Assembly: GCA_020184695.1 (NCBI GenBank)
Contig: JAANOX010000245.1
Coordinates: 310,001-374,000 of the forward strand
DNA length: 64,000 bases
Reading direction: 5' to 3'
From: Histomonas meleagridis 2922-C6/04-290x
Taxonomy: Eukaryota > Protista > Parabasalia
Within the stretch, counting starts at the first letter, position 1; each line of letters opens with the position of its first letter. Positions 1 to 11,699 of the stretch are shown here, in pieces. The translations under genes were made by a program, and so were the position numbers. A model generated the notes under the pieces. That model was not told the origin of the DNA and made no database searches. It saw only the letters and a list, made by a program, of their open reading frames with translations.

Positions 1-337
1 AAACAGCGTTGAGTCTTTGACGAAGGCGGAAGAGTTGGAGGATCTTACGAGTTCTTGGATCAATTCCATTGAGACCACGGATACGGATGACAAGGGCAAC
101 CTTAGCTTCAGCTGGAACATAGAAAGCACCTTCGGCAGCAGCCTTGTTTTTGGCTTCGATTATTTCCTTTTCCTTTGCAACAAGTTCTTGTGCATATTGC
201 TTTGAACGTGCTAATATGCGTTCAGCACGAGCTTGGGCTTCTTGTGCAAGAGCATCGCGTTTCTTTGTGTATTCAGCTGATTCCTTTTGTTTGCGTTCTT
301 GGATCTTGCGAAGTGTTTCTGGGAGTGGTTTGGACAT
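1..337 (-). CDS. RPL7: 60S ribosomal protein L7 (uL30), 5' part; runs off the left edge
   Basis: Hand translation from ATG at 337: [13 protein letters not shown]...[44 protein letters not shown], the eukaryotic L7 signature. GC-richer, highly-expressed-type codons. Absent from the ORF track because there is no stop in the window. Confidence 0.92.
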   Translation of the reverse strand, partial: MSKPLPETLRKIQERKQKESAEYTKKRDALAQEAQARAERILARSKQYAQELVAKEKEIIEAKNKAAAEGAFYVPAEAKVALVIRIRGLNGIDPRTRKILQLFRLRQRLNAV

Positions 338-342
338 CCAAT

Positions 343-348
343 AAAAGG
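343..348 (-). promoter_or_regulatory. M5-like (CCTTT) initiator-type element
   Basis: CCTTTT 5 nt upstream of the RPL7 ATG, and the same motif precedes RPS7. CCTTT (M5) is an established core promoter element of Trichomonas ribosomal protein genes. Confidence 0.5.
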
Positions 349-1283
349 AGCGACCAAACCGCCGACTTGAAACAAAATAAAAAAGTGACTGCATGGGAAT
401 CGAACCAATTCCCCTTAAAATTGTGAACAATTTTCTCATAAGATTTTGCCTAAGACTTAACTTAAGTTTTCTTATTTTTAACTGATGCAAAAAATGAAAG
501 AGGAAAAGGGATAAGGAAGAAGTAGGAAATCATGATACAAATAGAATATATCATGAAATTTCAGAATTGAAACCAGATTCTGATCTCCAAAATGTTTCTG
601 ATATTTTGATAAAATTAATTACACACATTATAAAAGCGTCATCGATATCGGCTTGTCATTATGTAGTCCAACGACACTTAAATTGATTCATAATAATATA
701 GGATCGAAAAATAAAGAAGAAAAGTACATAAAAATTTGTTTCTCTCAATGCTTCACGCTGTGCAAATATATGGAAAGTGATAACATGATATTTTTATTCA
801 AGAATTAAAACATTGTTATGAAACCCATAAAATTTATTGAGTTACATCTATCTAATGAGCAGATTAAAACATTTGTAATGTTCATTTAATGCTTTAGAAT
901 TTTTTTTATTCGTAGCAACATATTAAATCAGATAAAGAAAATATTTTCATTGAACTTTAAATACAAAACAATCTTTGCTTGATTGAACCTTTTCGACTGT
1001 AGAAAAGATTCAAAACAAAAAAACGTTTTGTGAAATGCGATTAGTGAAATCTGAAATTTTATTATTTGGAAGCAAATATTAAATAAGTTATAAAGTATAG
1101 TCAAATGATAAAATATTTGTTGGAATATATTCAAACAATAACTTATTCAAATAAATTTCGTTCAAGTTCATTTAGAAAGGAATTCATAATGTTCATAAAA
1201 TTTTAGTTGTCATTACCAAGTTTAAAATCAAATTTCATGAATAGAAACCGAATAAATAATAAATGTATTTGAATACTAAAAAT

Positions 1284-3839
1284 TCAAACCCATTGATCAA
1301 TATCTTTTTTAACAAGACTTTTGATTTCGTTGTCGACATGCTCTGTTTGTTCTGCTTCGTAATTTATTGACATATGAGTTGATGCATCTGATGATGAATT
1401 GGTTTTCGCTTTGTTATTTTTTTTAATTAAAAATATTATAATTCCGATAATTATCAAAACAATTGCAACTGAACAACAGACAATACTAATGAGAGCACTT
1501 GTTGAAATTTGATTTTGTTCATCATTACCATTTTGATTATTTAATATTGTAAAGAAATTACTATAAATTTGGGAATAAGTAGAATAAATGATATTACCGT
1601 GTTCATAATGAACGAATTTCGTATTAATATATGTAAATGAAGAATTGATATAAGAAATTGTTAATGAATTTGTCATATATGAATTATAAATCGAAACTGT
1701 TATAGTAATTGACAAAATATTTGATAAAATGAATGAATGCGTTAAAGATGAATAATGTGAACTCTCATCTGTTAAAGAAAAGTCATTCAAATCAGTAAAT
1801 GAATTTGATTTAGTAAATGTATTTGATTTAGTAAATGTATTTGATTCAGTAAAAGTATTTGATTTAGTAAATGTATTTGATTCAGTAAAAGTATTTGATT
1901 TAGTAAATATTTTTGATTTAGTAAAAGTATTTGATTTAGTAAATATTTTTGATTTAGTAAAAGTATTTGATTTAGTAAATATTTTTGATTTAGTAAAGGT
2001 ATTTGATTTAGTAAATGCATTTGATTTAGTAAATGCATTTGATTTAGTAAATGCATTTGATTTAGTAAATATTTTTGATTTAGTAAAAGTATTTGATTTA
2101 GTAAATATTTTTGATTTAGTAAAGGTATTTGATTTAGTAAATGTATTTGATTTAGTGAAAACATATGATTTAGTAAATGTATTTGTGAATGTATTTGACT
2201 TAGTGAATGTAAGTGTTGGATGTATACATTCGTCAATTGTTCCTTTCGTTATCTTTAATTCACCAAATCCTTCACTTGTATATGTTTCATTTACCATAAC
2301 ATATTCTGTTGGAACATCTTGAAAACAATCACTTCCAATTGCTGGTGAAGTTTCGCCATAAAAATAAATACATTTCAGTGACACACAATACGCAAATGCT
2401 TGATTTCCAATATTTTCAACACTTTCGCCAATGATAATCGTTTCTAATTCATTACAAAATGAAAAAGCACTTGATTGAATATCTATAACAGTGTTTGGAA
2501 TTATGAAATTCGTAAATACACAACTTGAGAATGCAGCACTTTTTATCGTATTTAAACTTTTCCCAATTGAAATTGATATCAAATTTGTACATAAATTAAA
2601 TGCATCTGATTCAATTGAAGTGACTGAATCTGGAACGCTGAATGTTTCCCTGAGATTTCCAAGTGGATAACTAATGAGTTTAGTAATCAATTTATCATAT
2701 AAAACTCCATCGTTTTCATAATTAGTATAATATGAATTATCTTCTGCAATTTTGATATTTTGAAGGCTACTACAGTAAAGAAATGGATTTGTTGATATTG
2801 AAGAAACTGTACTTGGAATTGTAACATTTTTAAGATTAATACAGTTTTGAAACATAAGAGATCCAATTGTTTGAACACCTTTGCCAAAAATTACACTTTC
2901 AAGTTTATCACATCCATTAAATACATCATTACCAACTGTTGCAAGAGGACTTTTAATTGTTACATATTTTAATGCAGTGCTTTGAAATGCACTTATTCCA
3001 ATACTTGTTATACCTTCTCCAAATGAAACTTCTTCTAAATTAGAACACATAAAAAATGCATAAAATCCAATTGAAGTGACTGAGTCTGCAATCTCTGCTG
3101 TAAGCAATGATGTCCATCCATAAAAAGCGGAATATTGAATTTCTGTTATTCCACTTGAGATGATAACATATTTTGTATTGCTTTGATAATCATTTGTAAA
3201 TTCATTTGGATCTGTTATAGTTAATGTTGATGTATCTGTATCAAAAGTTTGTATTGAATGAGAAAAAAACAAAATAAATATGAAAACAAATTTAGTGTTT
3301 GCTTTCTCTTTGATTTTAAGATTTATTTTAGATTTTATATAAGAATTTATTATTTTAATGTAACATATAAATTTTTCTAAAATAATGAAATTCAAAATCA
3401 AATACAATTTGAAATTTTTTGATGATAAAGCAAAAAGATGTTTCAAATATGAAAAAATATAATTTAAACATTTGCATTTAAGTTTGAAATATAACAAAAA
3501 TATTTGATTAAAAGTTGAACTTAAATTTGATAAAAAAACAAATATTGTACCAAAAAGTATTGGAACGTCCTGAATATTTGCAACAACTAAGAGAGCTATC
3601 AAGAATCCAATATCATTTTCTGATTTTTTTGAAAAAATGTTGTTTTTGTAAAATTGATTTTTGTTGTAGACATAATCCCCTTCGATTGTTAATTTTTTAT
3701 AGAAGCCATATATGGTAAACGAGAAATATGTTAATTTTTTTTTGAAATGTTTGATAAAAGCTTGCAGCATCCTTTTTGAAAATAAAAATGTCAATCTCTT
3801 TTTTCTTTCAAATCTCAAACGAAACATCCATAAAATCAT
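1284..3839 (-). CDS. BspA-like (TpLRR) surface protein with repeat stalk, TM helix and cytoplasmic tail; start uncertain
   Basis: Multiple IPxxVxxIGxxAFxxCxxL repeats, FTKSNT stalk repeats, TM segment (ALISIVCCSVAIVLIIIGIIIFLI) and an acidic tail ending IDQWV. Confidence 0.9.
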   Translation of the reverse strand: MILWMFRLRFERKKRLTFLFSKRMLQAFIKHFKKKLTYFSFTIYGFYKKLTIEGDYVYNKNQFYKNNIFSKKSENDIGFLIALLVVANIQDVPILFGTIFVFLSNLSSTFNQIFLLYFKLKCKCLNYIFSYLKHLFALSSKNFKLYLILNFIILEKFICYIKIINSYIKSKINLKIKEKANTKFVFIFILFFSHSIQTFDTDTSTLTITDPNEFTNDYQSNTKYVIISSGITEIQYSAFYGWTSLLTAEIADSVTSIGFYAFFMCSNLEEVSFGEGITSIGISAFQSTALKYVTIKSPLATVGNDVFNGCDKLESVIFGKGVQTIGSLMFQNCINLKNVTIPSTVSSISTNPFLYCSSLQNIKIAEDNSYYTNYENDGVLYDKLITKLISYPLGNLRETFSVPDSVTSIESDAFNLCTNLISISIGKSLNTIKSAAFSSCVFTNFIIPNTVIDIQSSAFSFCNELETIIIGESVENIGNQAFAYCVSLKCIYFYGETSPAIGSDCFQDVPTEYVMVNETYTSEGFGELKITKGTIDECIHPTLTFTKSNTFTNTFTKSYVFTKSNTFTKSNTFTKSKIFTKSNTFTKSKIFTKSNAFTKSNAFTKSNAFTKSNTFTKSKIFTKSNTFTKSKIFTKSNTFTKSKIFTKSNTFTESNTFTKSNTFTESNTFTKSNTFTKSNSFTDLNDFSLTDESSHYSSLTHSFILSNILSITITVSIYNSYMTNSLTISYINSSFTYINTKFVHYEHGNIIYSTYSQIYSNFFTILNNQNGNDEQNQISTSALISIVCCSVAIVLIIIGIIIFLIKKNNKAKTNSSSDASTHMSINYEAEQTEHVDNEIKSLVKKDIDQWV
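1795..2210 (-). repeat. 18-nt tandem repeat encoding FTKS(N/K)(T/I/A)
   Basis: About 20 copies of TTTACTAAATCAAATACA-like units in the BspA stalk. Confidence 0.9.
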
Positions 3840-4311
3840 ACAAAAATTTGCTTTGAGATGTTATCGTTATCATCTCCACAGAAAAAGTGTATTAACCGGT
3901 TTATTTCAATGGGTGTTCCGTTTTACGATAGACAAATTAAATGACAATAAAACAGTTTTTTACAGAAAAAAACTATCGTGTTTGTCATTAGGATTTTCGA
4001 TGCTAACGTAATATGAGTGAATTCGATTCAACACGCAATCGTTTACTTCTTAGCATTAATTTCATAGGTTAACATTGAATTTATATATTTTGAAATATTG
4101 GTCTATGTATATATTTATGTCGACTATGCAGATAAAATTTTGAAACATTTGTACAGTTTTGATTAATCAAAATATGTTTCGTTTAAATTAATGCAATTTT
4201 TTAATACAAAAATTTTACATATTCAGTGACAAACTAATAAAGAAACTTAGCATTACGTTTATTTTAACAATAGAAATAAATTCAAACAAATTTATATTGA
4301 AGCGCATTATA

Positions 4312-5796
4312 TCAATTAATTTGGAAAAATTGTTGGACGATTTTTGAATTTGCAAGCACAACTTTCGTATTTAATTTTTTCTTTATGTTATCCCATTCTT
4401 GCATAAATTCTTCTGTTGTTTGAGGATTTGTTTTTGCAATAAACGGAATCTCGCCGATAAGAAAAGCCGTTATAAAGCATTGAAAAAATTGTGTTAGACC
4501 TGAAAAAGTGAAACTCGAAATGAAAATTTTTTGGATGTCAACACTTGGGAAGCAATCAAAAAACCAGTGTAAAGCATCTTTGTATATGAAATCAAGAGTG
4601 TAAACATGTTTTTGGTGTAAGAATTTCAGGAATTCTGGAAATTTTTTCTCGATCATTTTTCCAATTGAATCAAATATTTCTCTAAATTTTGACTGAAGGA
4701 TTACTGTTGAAACATCTAACTTGAGATTATCAATGAAGTGTTCAAAACACCAGAATATATCGGATTCAACGTCATCGATCATTACATTATTTCCTTTATG
4801 GTCAATAACTGAGTTTTCATTAGCATCCTTAACAAAAAACTGCATGAATGTAGACAGTATCGGCAAAAGGTCATATGTTAATTTCGACATATTCCAGTTC
4901 CAAAATGAATATGTCATTAATATATCAAAAGCGATTCTTTTTGCACAATATTTGTTACTGTATGACTCAAACAGACTCTCTGATAAATCTACTGTGTTCT
5001 CAAGCTGATCAACTAATTTTTGAAAATCAATAAAATTCTCAAATTGTTTCTCGGAAATTGTTAACCATTGATCCCGAATTTCCAAATATTGTTTCCTTTG
5101 TTCAATGATTTTTTGGTTTCTTTCTGCTTTTGATTTTTGAGCTTCTTCGGAATACATTAACATTGGCCAAAGTTCTTGGAAAACTTCTGGTGCTATATCC
5201 TTATTATAGAAATTTGATGCGAAATTTTCAGATTTTGCTTTTCCATCTTCATCAATTAACTTCAAAAAGTCAGATTCTGAAATCTTATCAATTGTTAAAT
5301 CAAAGTCAAAACTTATTCCAATTTCTTTAAAACTTTCAATTATAGGGATTATTGAAACTTTATTTGAATTTGGTTTACATGGTGGTAAAATTGTAAGTGT
5401 ATAACTTCCTTTGTAACTTCCATCTGATAAAATTGGACTCATGGTAAAAAGGTTTGGGTTAGATTCAGTGTTAGTAAGACAAATACGATTTTGAACGAAA
5501 TTAAGAAATAAGTTAAAATCTGATATATTATCAAAAATCATTTTAACTGGTGGATCATAAAAAGTTGCTGATAAGTTGTTTTCCCAATTTAATTGGAGAA
5601 TTGAAAAATCACCTATTTGATATACATAATCAGGAATTTGAGAAAATCGTTTGATTTTTTTTCTAGGTGTTTCTTGTTCAGGAAAAAAACTCATAGAAAC
5701 AACTTCATCAATAACTTGTAACTTCAATTGTCCTGTTTTAATGTTTTCTTCATCATATTCTGATGAAATATATATATTTGTATCAGGAATCATCAT
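4312..5796 (-). CDS. TBC/Rab-GAP-like domain protein, catalytic motifs degenerate
   Basis: TBC-like C-terminal half (ILMTYS, DLLPIL, IFWCF, LKFLHQK, WFxxCF). The first in-frame ATG is at 5796; the track start is GTG. Confidence 0.68.
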   Translation of the reverse strand: MMIPDTNIYISSEYDEENIKTGQLKLQVIDEVVSMSFFPEQETPRKKIKRFSQIPDYVYQIGDFSILQLNWENNLSATFYDPPVKMIFDNISDFNLFLNFVQNRICLTNTESNPNLFTMSPILSDGSYKGSYTLTILPPCKPNSNKVSIIPIIESFKEIGISFDFDLTIDKISESDFLKLIDEDGKAKSENFASNFYNKDIAPEVFQELWPMLMYSEEAQKSKAERNQKIIEQRKQYLEIRDQWLTISEKQFENFIDFQKLVDQLENTVDLSESLFESYSNKYCAKRIAFDILMTYSFWNWNMSKLTYDLLPILSTFMQFFVKDANENSVIDHKGNNVMIDDVESDIFWCFEHFIDNLKLDVSTVILQSKFREIFDSIGKMIEKKFPEFLKFLHQKHVYTLDFIYKDALHWFFDCFPSVDIQKIFISSFTFSGLTQFFQCFITAFLIGEIPFIAKTNPQTTEEFMQEWDNIKKKLNTKVVLANSKIVQQFFQIN

Positions 5797-6276
5797 TTTT
5801 CTATGCACGTTTATTTTTGGTACACCCCAAAAGTAATTATGTTCATCAAAGCTTCCTCATCATAATGTTATAACAAGCATTCAATTGAAATGCCTTCTGA
5901 TTGTTATCGATTCCAGTTGATTATTATGAAATATTCATGAATCGATATTAAAAATGAAACATTTAATATTTTCAAAAAATGATTTATTATGCATAACACT
6001 TCCTCAGAAGTTATACAGCTAAAAGCTTTTAACACTAAAAGTTAAACCCACAACAATGATTACAGTTATTTACTATATTTGATACAATTTTTAACCTGTT
6101 GTTTTGGCCGTCGACGTAGACGATATGTTCAAAAACATGGTTTCTTTCAAATATTCAGAGGCTACAGCGTTATTAAAGTCAGATACTTTCAAATCTATTC
6201 AAATACAACATCACATCACCAGTCACTTCAAAAACAAATTTAATCTTACAACAAATTTAATGAACAAACATAAATA

Positions 6277-8421
6277 TTATTTCTCTTCATACCTCGGGAA
6301 ATTATGGCACGAGATTGACACATTTAATGGAATTGGCCTTGCTTGTTGCAAGAAATATGTATAATCCATTTTCCCATTTTTACATAATTCTTGTACAAAA
6401 TCGAGCCACGTATCCTCAGGCACACCCACAATTTCATAATCTTTGTTTTGATATTTCTTCAAAGTCTTTTGTATGATGTCTCCATTTCCAGAATTATATA
6501 TATTCCACAACTCAAAAAACAATTGTTGAGTTTTCAGTGTTATTGGCATTGGGTTAAAGTCCTTATACAGCTTGGAAAAAGCAACAGCAGATGCAAGCGT
6601 TGCAAGTGTTGTTTCAATCACAGAATCAAAACATCCCTCACGTATCATAAAGATACCAATTAGGTTAGAAAGTGTTAAAAGAGAGGCATTCGGCTTGTCA
6701 ATTGACCCAAGAATTTGTGTTATTTCTGATATAGGAAATACAATTGGATACCCACATCCTGGAGCATCTTCTGGTAGATCAATATCAAACACAACACGAA
6801 GAGGATCATTAATTTCGTATGAAAGGAAAGTCGCAATCTCTCGAATTAATTTTCCAATCACATCAAAGATCTTATCGAAGTCAAGATCCTTCATGTAACT
6901 GGTAGGAAGTGTAAAAATGACATTCTCGCATTGGATTTCTCCAATTGGAACATCAATGTCTTTGGTCGATTCCCATATACTTGGATCGCCATAGACAACG
7001 CGTGGATATTTAACAAAACCTTTGAACGTGAAGTCCAAAGTCTTTTGCCCTGATTGAAGTTGACTGGTTGCAATGTAAACAGGACCTCCAAATGGTGATA
7101 CGACATCAGTAGTATCTTTGTTAAGAGAAAAAGCAAAAACAATAGATGGCCAACGCTTCCATGGTGGTTGTTTTAAAGCCAAAGATTCATGATGAGCGCC
7201 AATTTGTAAATTGAGAAAATCAGATGGATCACATTCAACAATGCTAACTTTACCAGCTGGAAGATAGAGTCCTGTAGAAGTCCATGTTTCATTCGATATA
7301 TTAAGTTTCATTGAAAAATCAGCAAGTTCAACATCACCGCATTGTCCAGGAAACAACTCATAGCCTGGAAATGGAGTAACAGCTTCCGGAGGTAACTTTG
7401 GGAATATATCGAGAAGAATTCCAGAGAGAAGGTAATTCGCTGTGAACGATTTGTCAAAAATTTGACTCCCCGACTTTTTGAGATAGCCGATACACATTTC
7501 TGAGATATCCGTTAACTGTTGAATTTGACTTTTTGTTGCGCCATAATTCATATATTGGATGCCTATTGCTGTAGAACAAAGCTCTGGTGAATCCTCAGGT
7601 GTATCTGAGGTAATAATCTGTTTAAGTTTTTCTATCTGTGGTATGAAATGATGTGAGTAAACAGTTTCAAAATCTTTACATAAAGATATGATAAAAGGTT
7701 GTTGTGCAGTCTTGCAAAAGGTATACGCTAGACCAAACCTGGAAAGGATTTGATTAATGGGGAAATAAAAAGAATTGTTATTGTCTGGGAAATGAAATGT
7801 TGCAATTGATCCGCCTTCTTTTATGAAGTTTTTGAGATCTGAGACTATAGAATCATCAAATAAATCAAAATTGGTTGGCAGAATAATCATTTTGTAGTTG
7901 GAGAGCTTACGACTAAGATTGGTTGAAAATCGTAAATCAAAACCAAAACTTTGAAGGCCAGGCCTCATGGAATCAAAACACTCCTCTGGAAACCCTGCAA
8001 TGAGAACTGGTACTAAAGCTGTTTTTTGATTTGCTAACCACTTCAAGCAAGATTTCATGAATTCACAAGTAGGCGTTTGTTCATTTAAATTATATAAAAG
8101 CTGATAATGAGGGAAGCACATTATCTTTCCAAATTCATATAGAGCGACTGAAATAATTGGGAAACTTTGGCTAATATTATATGTAGGGAAATCAAAATTT
8201 GCACAAACAAGTGGGAAAGAGGCTTCTGAAAGGCACACCGTTGGAACTATATCCAAGCTTGAACAGTCTATTTCTGTTAAATCATCGAGGATAAATTCAA
8301 ATATGCACCGAATGATGTTTTTGTTAATAATTCCAAAAACACCACTAGCCTGGGATTGATTTTTGGCTTTGCCATGAGATATTTTGTATGACTTCTTGTT
8401 TGAAGAGGATTGGCATCCCAT
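6277..8421 (-). CDS. M60-like/TCAF-family protein lacking HExxH, with N-terminal MGCxxS lipidation motif
   Basis: WTSTGLYLPAG, QIGAH, KRWP, SPFGGPVYI, VPxGE and GYPI motifs of the M60-like (PF13402) region. The Zn-motif position reads LSNLIG, followed by ETT. Confidence 0.75.
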   Translation of the reverse strand: MGCQSSSNKKSYKISHGKAKNQSQASGVFGIINKNIIRCIFEFILDDLTEIDCSSLDIVPTVCLSEASFPLVCANFDFPTYNISQSFPIISVALYEFGKIMCFPHYQLLYNLNEQTPTCEFMKSCLKWLANQKTALVPVLIAGFPEECFDSMRPGLQSFGFDLRFSTNLSRKLSNYKMIILPTNFDLFDDSIVSDLKNFIKEGGSIATFHFPDNNNSFYFPINQILSRFGLAYTFCKTAQQPFIISLCKDFETVYSHHFIPQIEKLKQIITSDTPEDSPELCSTAIGIQYMNYGATKSQIQQLTDISEMCIGYLKKSGSQIFDKSFTANYLLSGILLDIFPKLPPEAVTPFPGYELFPGQCGDVELADFSMKLNISNETWTSTGLYLPAGKVSIVECDPSDFLNLQIGAHHESLALKQPPWKRWPSIVFAFSLNKDTTDVVSPFGGPVYIATSQLQSGQKTLDFTFKGFVKYPRVVYGDPSIWESTKDIDVPIGEIQCENVIFTLPTSYMKDLDFDKIFDVIGKLIREIATFLSYEINDPLRVVFDIDLPEDAPGCGYPIVFPISEITQILGSIDKPNASLLTLSNLIGIFMIREGCFDSVIETTLATLASAVAFSKLYKDFNPMPITLKTQQLFFELWNIYNSGNGDIIQKTLKKYQNKDYEIVGVPEDTWLDFVQELCKNGKMDYTYFLQQARPIPLNVSISCHNFPRYEEK

Positions 8422-8885
8422 TCGGAAAGATTCTCTTCTAACGAATATTGTAAAAAGACTTTCTGCTCAAAAAGTTAAACTTGAAACAATTTTTTGGGAA
8501 TTTCACTCAAAAGATATTTTACAACAGATCATTCACAAATTTCAGTCGATTTAAACGTTGATATTTTGAATTCAGAAACAGTCATTTTCTTTCATACAAT
8601 TCTTGGCAAATGCCGATGAAAACGATCTAATTCTATTCAAAAGTATTTTTTCTCAATATTGAGTACTTTTTTGAATCAATAGGTATCGGTAAGGTAGCTT
8701 TTTGTATCAATTTTCAATGCGTTGATGGTTCAGTTTTCGTTGCCAGAGAAAATCATTTTTATCTAGGTGAAGTGAACAAACGACCGCTTCGAAAATAATT
8801 CTTTAGTTTATTCATATCGTTCTGACCGTTAACAGGTTGCTTGATGAAAATCTAAGTTTGTTTTTAATGAAATTATTTGAAGAAT

Positions 8886-11671
8886 ATGTTTGATCATAAA
8901 GATGTAGAAGAGCTGAACACGAAATTTCTCGCACTTACTTCTCCTGACCCAAAAGTTCATGATTCAGCTTCGCAAATAATTTAACAAAAAAATGAATTCT
9001 GATCCACTTGAATTAGCAATTATATGTGGGTGGTTCTTAATCAAGCCAATTACCCAGTATCATCTTCCTCGAGTGCTTTACTTTTTATTGATTAAATAAT
9101 CACTCCTGATGAAAATAATAAAATCGAATTTATCAGAGAAGAATGGATGAACTATGACCAAGAGAAGCGCAGCTTTATCAAAATTTCTATCCTACGTGCG
9201 TTAACTTTACCAGATAGAAGTCTTGCCAATGAAGCATCACAAACATTAATCAAATTATTTGTAATAGAAAAACATGAAATGCTTCCACTCATTGCACAAT
9301 TATTTGTTATTATTGAATCATCAGAATACAATGATGATACGCATCTCGCAGTCATCAATACTCTTGATTTGTTCAGAAGATATCCTTGATGACATGATTC
9401 AATCAGAAGAAGTCAAAGTAGTTCTCGCAAATATTTTTTCTTTTATTGGTACGCTTTTTCTTAAGAATAATTCTGAAAACATGTCTTGTACAAGTTTCAA
9501 TTTGTAATGTATTAAACTCATTAATTTCAATAGCTACGCCACTCTTTTATCCCCCGGATGTTTTTAATAATTTTGTTACACTTATTGGTAATTATCTTTT
9601 TGGTCATCCTTCTCAATTGCTTCATCAGCATTTGATGCAACTTTTGACTTCACTCACATTGAAAATTTATGAACACGACGGTTTTAATTTCAGTGGTATC
9701 GGCCCTATCGCCCTCAAATTTCTATTCAAAGACCAAAAACAGAAAAGATCTCTAACGTTCTCAGTTTTTGGGCTAAGCTCACAAATCTCGAAAGGAAAAA
9801 CACGCAAGCAATTCTATTTAAACAAAGATATGAAAATCTATTGCAAGAACGTCAACACTCAATTTCAACAACATTACCACCACAGTTCAAATGAGAGATT
9901 TAATCAACCCAATTCTTGACAATATAATTCCTTGTTTAATGGACATGTTAGCACTTATGCCAGACGATGAAAGAGAACCAGAAAATCCTGGGGACCAAAC
10001 CATCCATGGGAAAGCATTTCAAGTTCTTTCTAACATCTATGAATATCATTCTGATAAAGTATTCTCTTTTATTTTAAAATATTGGCAGACTCATGAACCT
10101 TATAGTTCTACATATCCAATTCAAAATTCCTTATTATTGACAATAGCAATTGTTTCAAGACCACCTCAATCACCTCAACAAGCAAATGATATTTTTAACT
10201 TTTTAACAAGAAATCTTTTATCAGAAGGAGAATTTTTTATCACCAAATTTTTAATTGAAGCAATTGCACATCCATATAAGCGAATGACAGATACAGCACT
10301 TTATGTTATAAGTTTGTTGTTAGAAAACTTTGATCTATATATGACAGACGAATATTTTGATATTTTACTTGGACAAATGCAAGCTCATTTTATGGATCAT
10401 AATATTATTACAGGACGAGTTTTTGCTGTTATTAATCAACTAATTTTAAGATGTTATAATTTTAATCATGTGTCACTTTATGAAAAATATTATGAATCTT
10501 TAGGAACCTTTTGTGTAAAATTTCTAGGTTTTTTTTCTCAAACATTTAATGCTCCACCAAGTTTATTACAAACATGTTCTTATGTAATGATAAATTTAAT
10601 TAAGTATGCACCAGACAGTAAACAAGAAAGTGTTGGAAAAAATATTTAACCAATCAATGTCAACTATAGATAATTTTAAAGATTTTCAAAACATGGATAA
10701 TAACAGCGAAAACTTTGCCCTAGTATCAGATAGTATTTATTTTGTTATAATGTGTTTCCATCGATTTCCTAATCATTTTCAACATTATGGTGTACCTGTA
10801 GCACAAAAATTATTAAGCATAATCAAATTTAGAAATGTATTATTAGAAGAATGTTCATATGGTTTAATATCTATAATATCTTCATTAGGTATAAATGTTA
10901 CAAATATATTTAATGATATGCTTCAATGCATTAGTTTCTCATTAACAAGTGAAAAACCTTCCGTTATACGAGCTAAAGTTGGAGTACTTGCGGCACTTTA
11001 TAGAACTGTTTTAAGTGAAGGGGTTAACAATGAGTGTGCAATAGAATTAATAAATAGATTTCCGACAACTTTACAATTAATCATCGATTGTTTAGTAAAA
11101 GGAAATTTTGAAAGAGAATTAAATGTTAAAATTCTTATGAGTCTTTCAAAAGTTATTAAATCTATTGCTCCTAAGATAAGTAAAGATGAAAGAGACAACT
11201 TAATGCAATTATATCGTATATTTGAATACGCCTATTAACTTTAGCAATAATAAAAACGAAAAATTCGTATCCGATTTATATACTGCTGTAATTAGAGGTT
11301 ACGAAGCTTTGCTACATACAGTTAAACCTGGAGAATTAAGAAATAGAAGTTTAAAGAGATTTTTCCTTATGAAAACTGTTGATAAAGTATTGGAAATGAA
11401 AGAACAAACATTCGATTGCTTAAATGCGATACTTGATTTATTTATAACTTTTGATGATGTTTTCGGTAATAACTTCTTTCTATGTAGATCAAAAATTTTT
11501 CAATTAGTATCATTTGCTTATTGTTTGTCTCTCCCTGGTAGAAGAAAAGAAGAACTCGAATTAAAACATAAGTCGATGCAATTATTTAGAAAATATCGAT
11601 ATAATTGGAAATTAAAATACCAATGCATTACTTGGAATCCAATCCCATTTATGACTTCTTCCATTTTCTAA
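8886..11671 (+). pseudogene. Importin-beta/karyopherin-like HEAT-repeat pseudogene
   Basis: Consecutive HEAT-like fragments in shifting frames (9147-9389, 9274-9507, 9446-9919, 9891-10649, 10606-11238, 11222-11671). N-terminus LALTSPDPKVH, an acidic loop (PDDEREPENPGD), at least six frameshifts and an in-frame TAA (IK*SL). Confidence 0.65.
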
Positions 11672-11699
11672 AGTTAGAAATAAACCATACTTGTAAATC

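Noticed and set aside
411-440. Selenocysteine tRNA (GT-TCA-CA loop)
   Set aside because: No long variable arm, no 5' acceptor and no D arm; the TCA is likely chance within an AT-rich hairpin.
1787-2236. 149-aa LLNQ-repeat ORF
   Set aside because: Alternative frame of the 18-nt BspA stalk repeat.
6104-6364. 86-aa plus-strand ORF
   Set aside because: TTG start, overlaps the 3' end of the M60-like gene, no recognisable motif.
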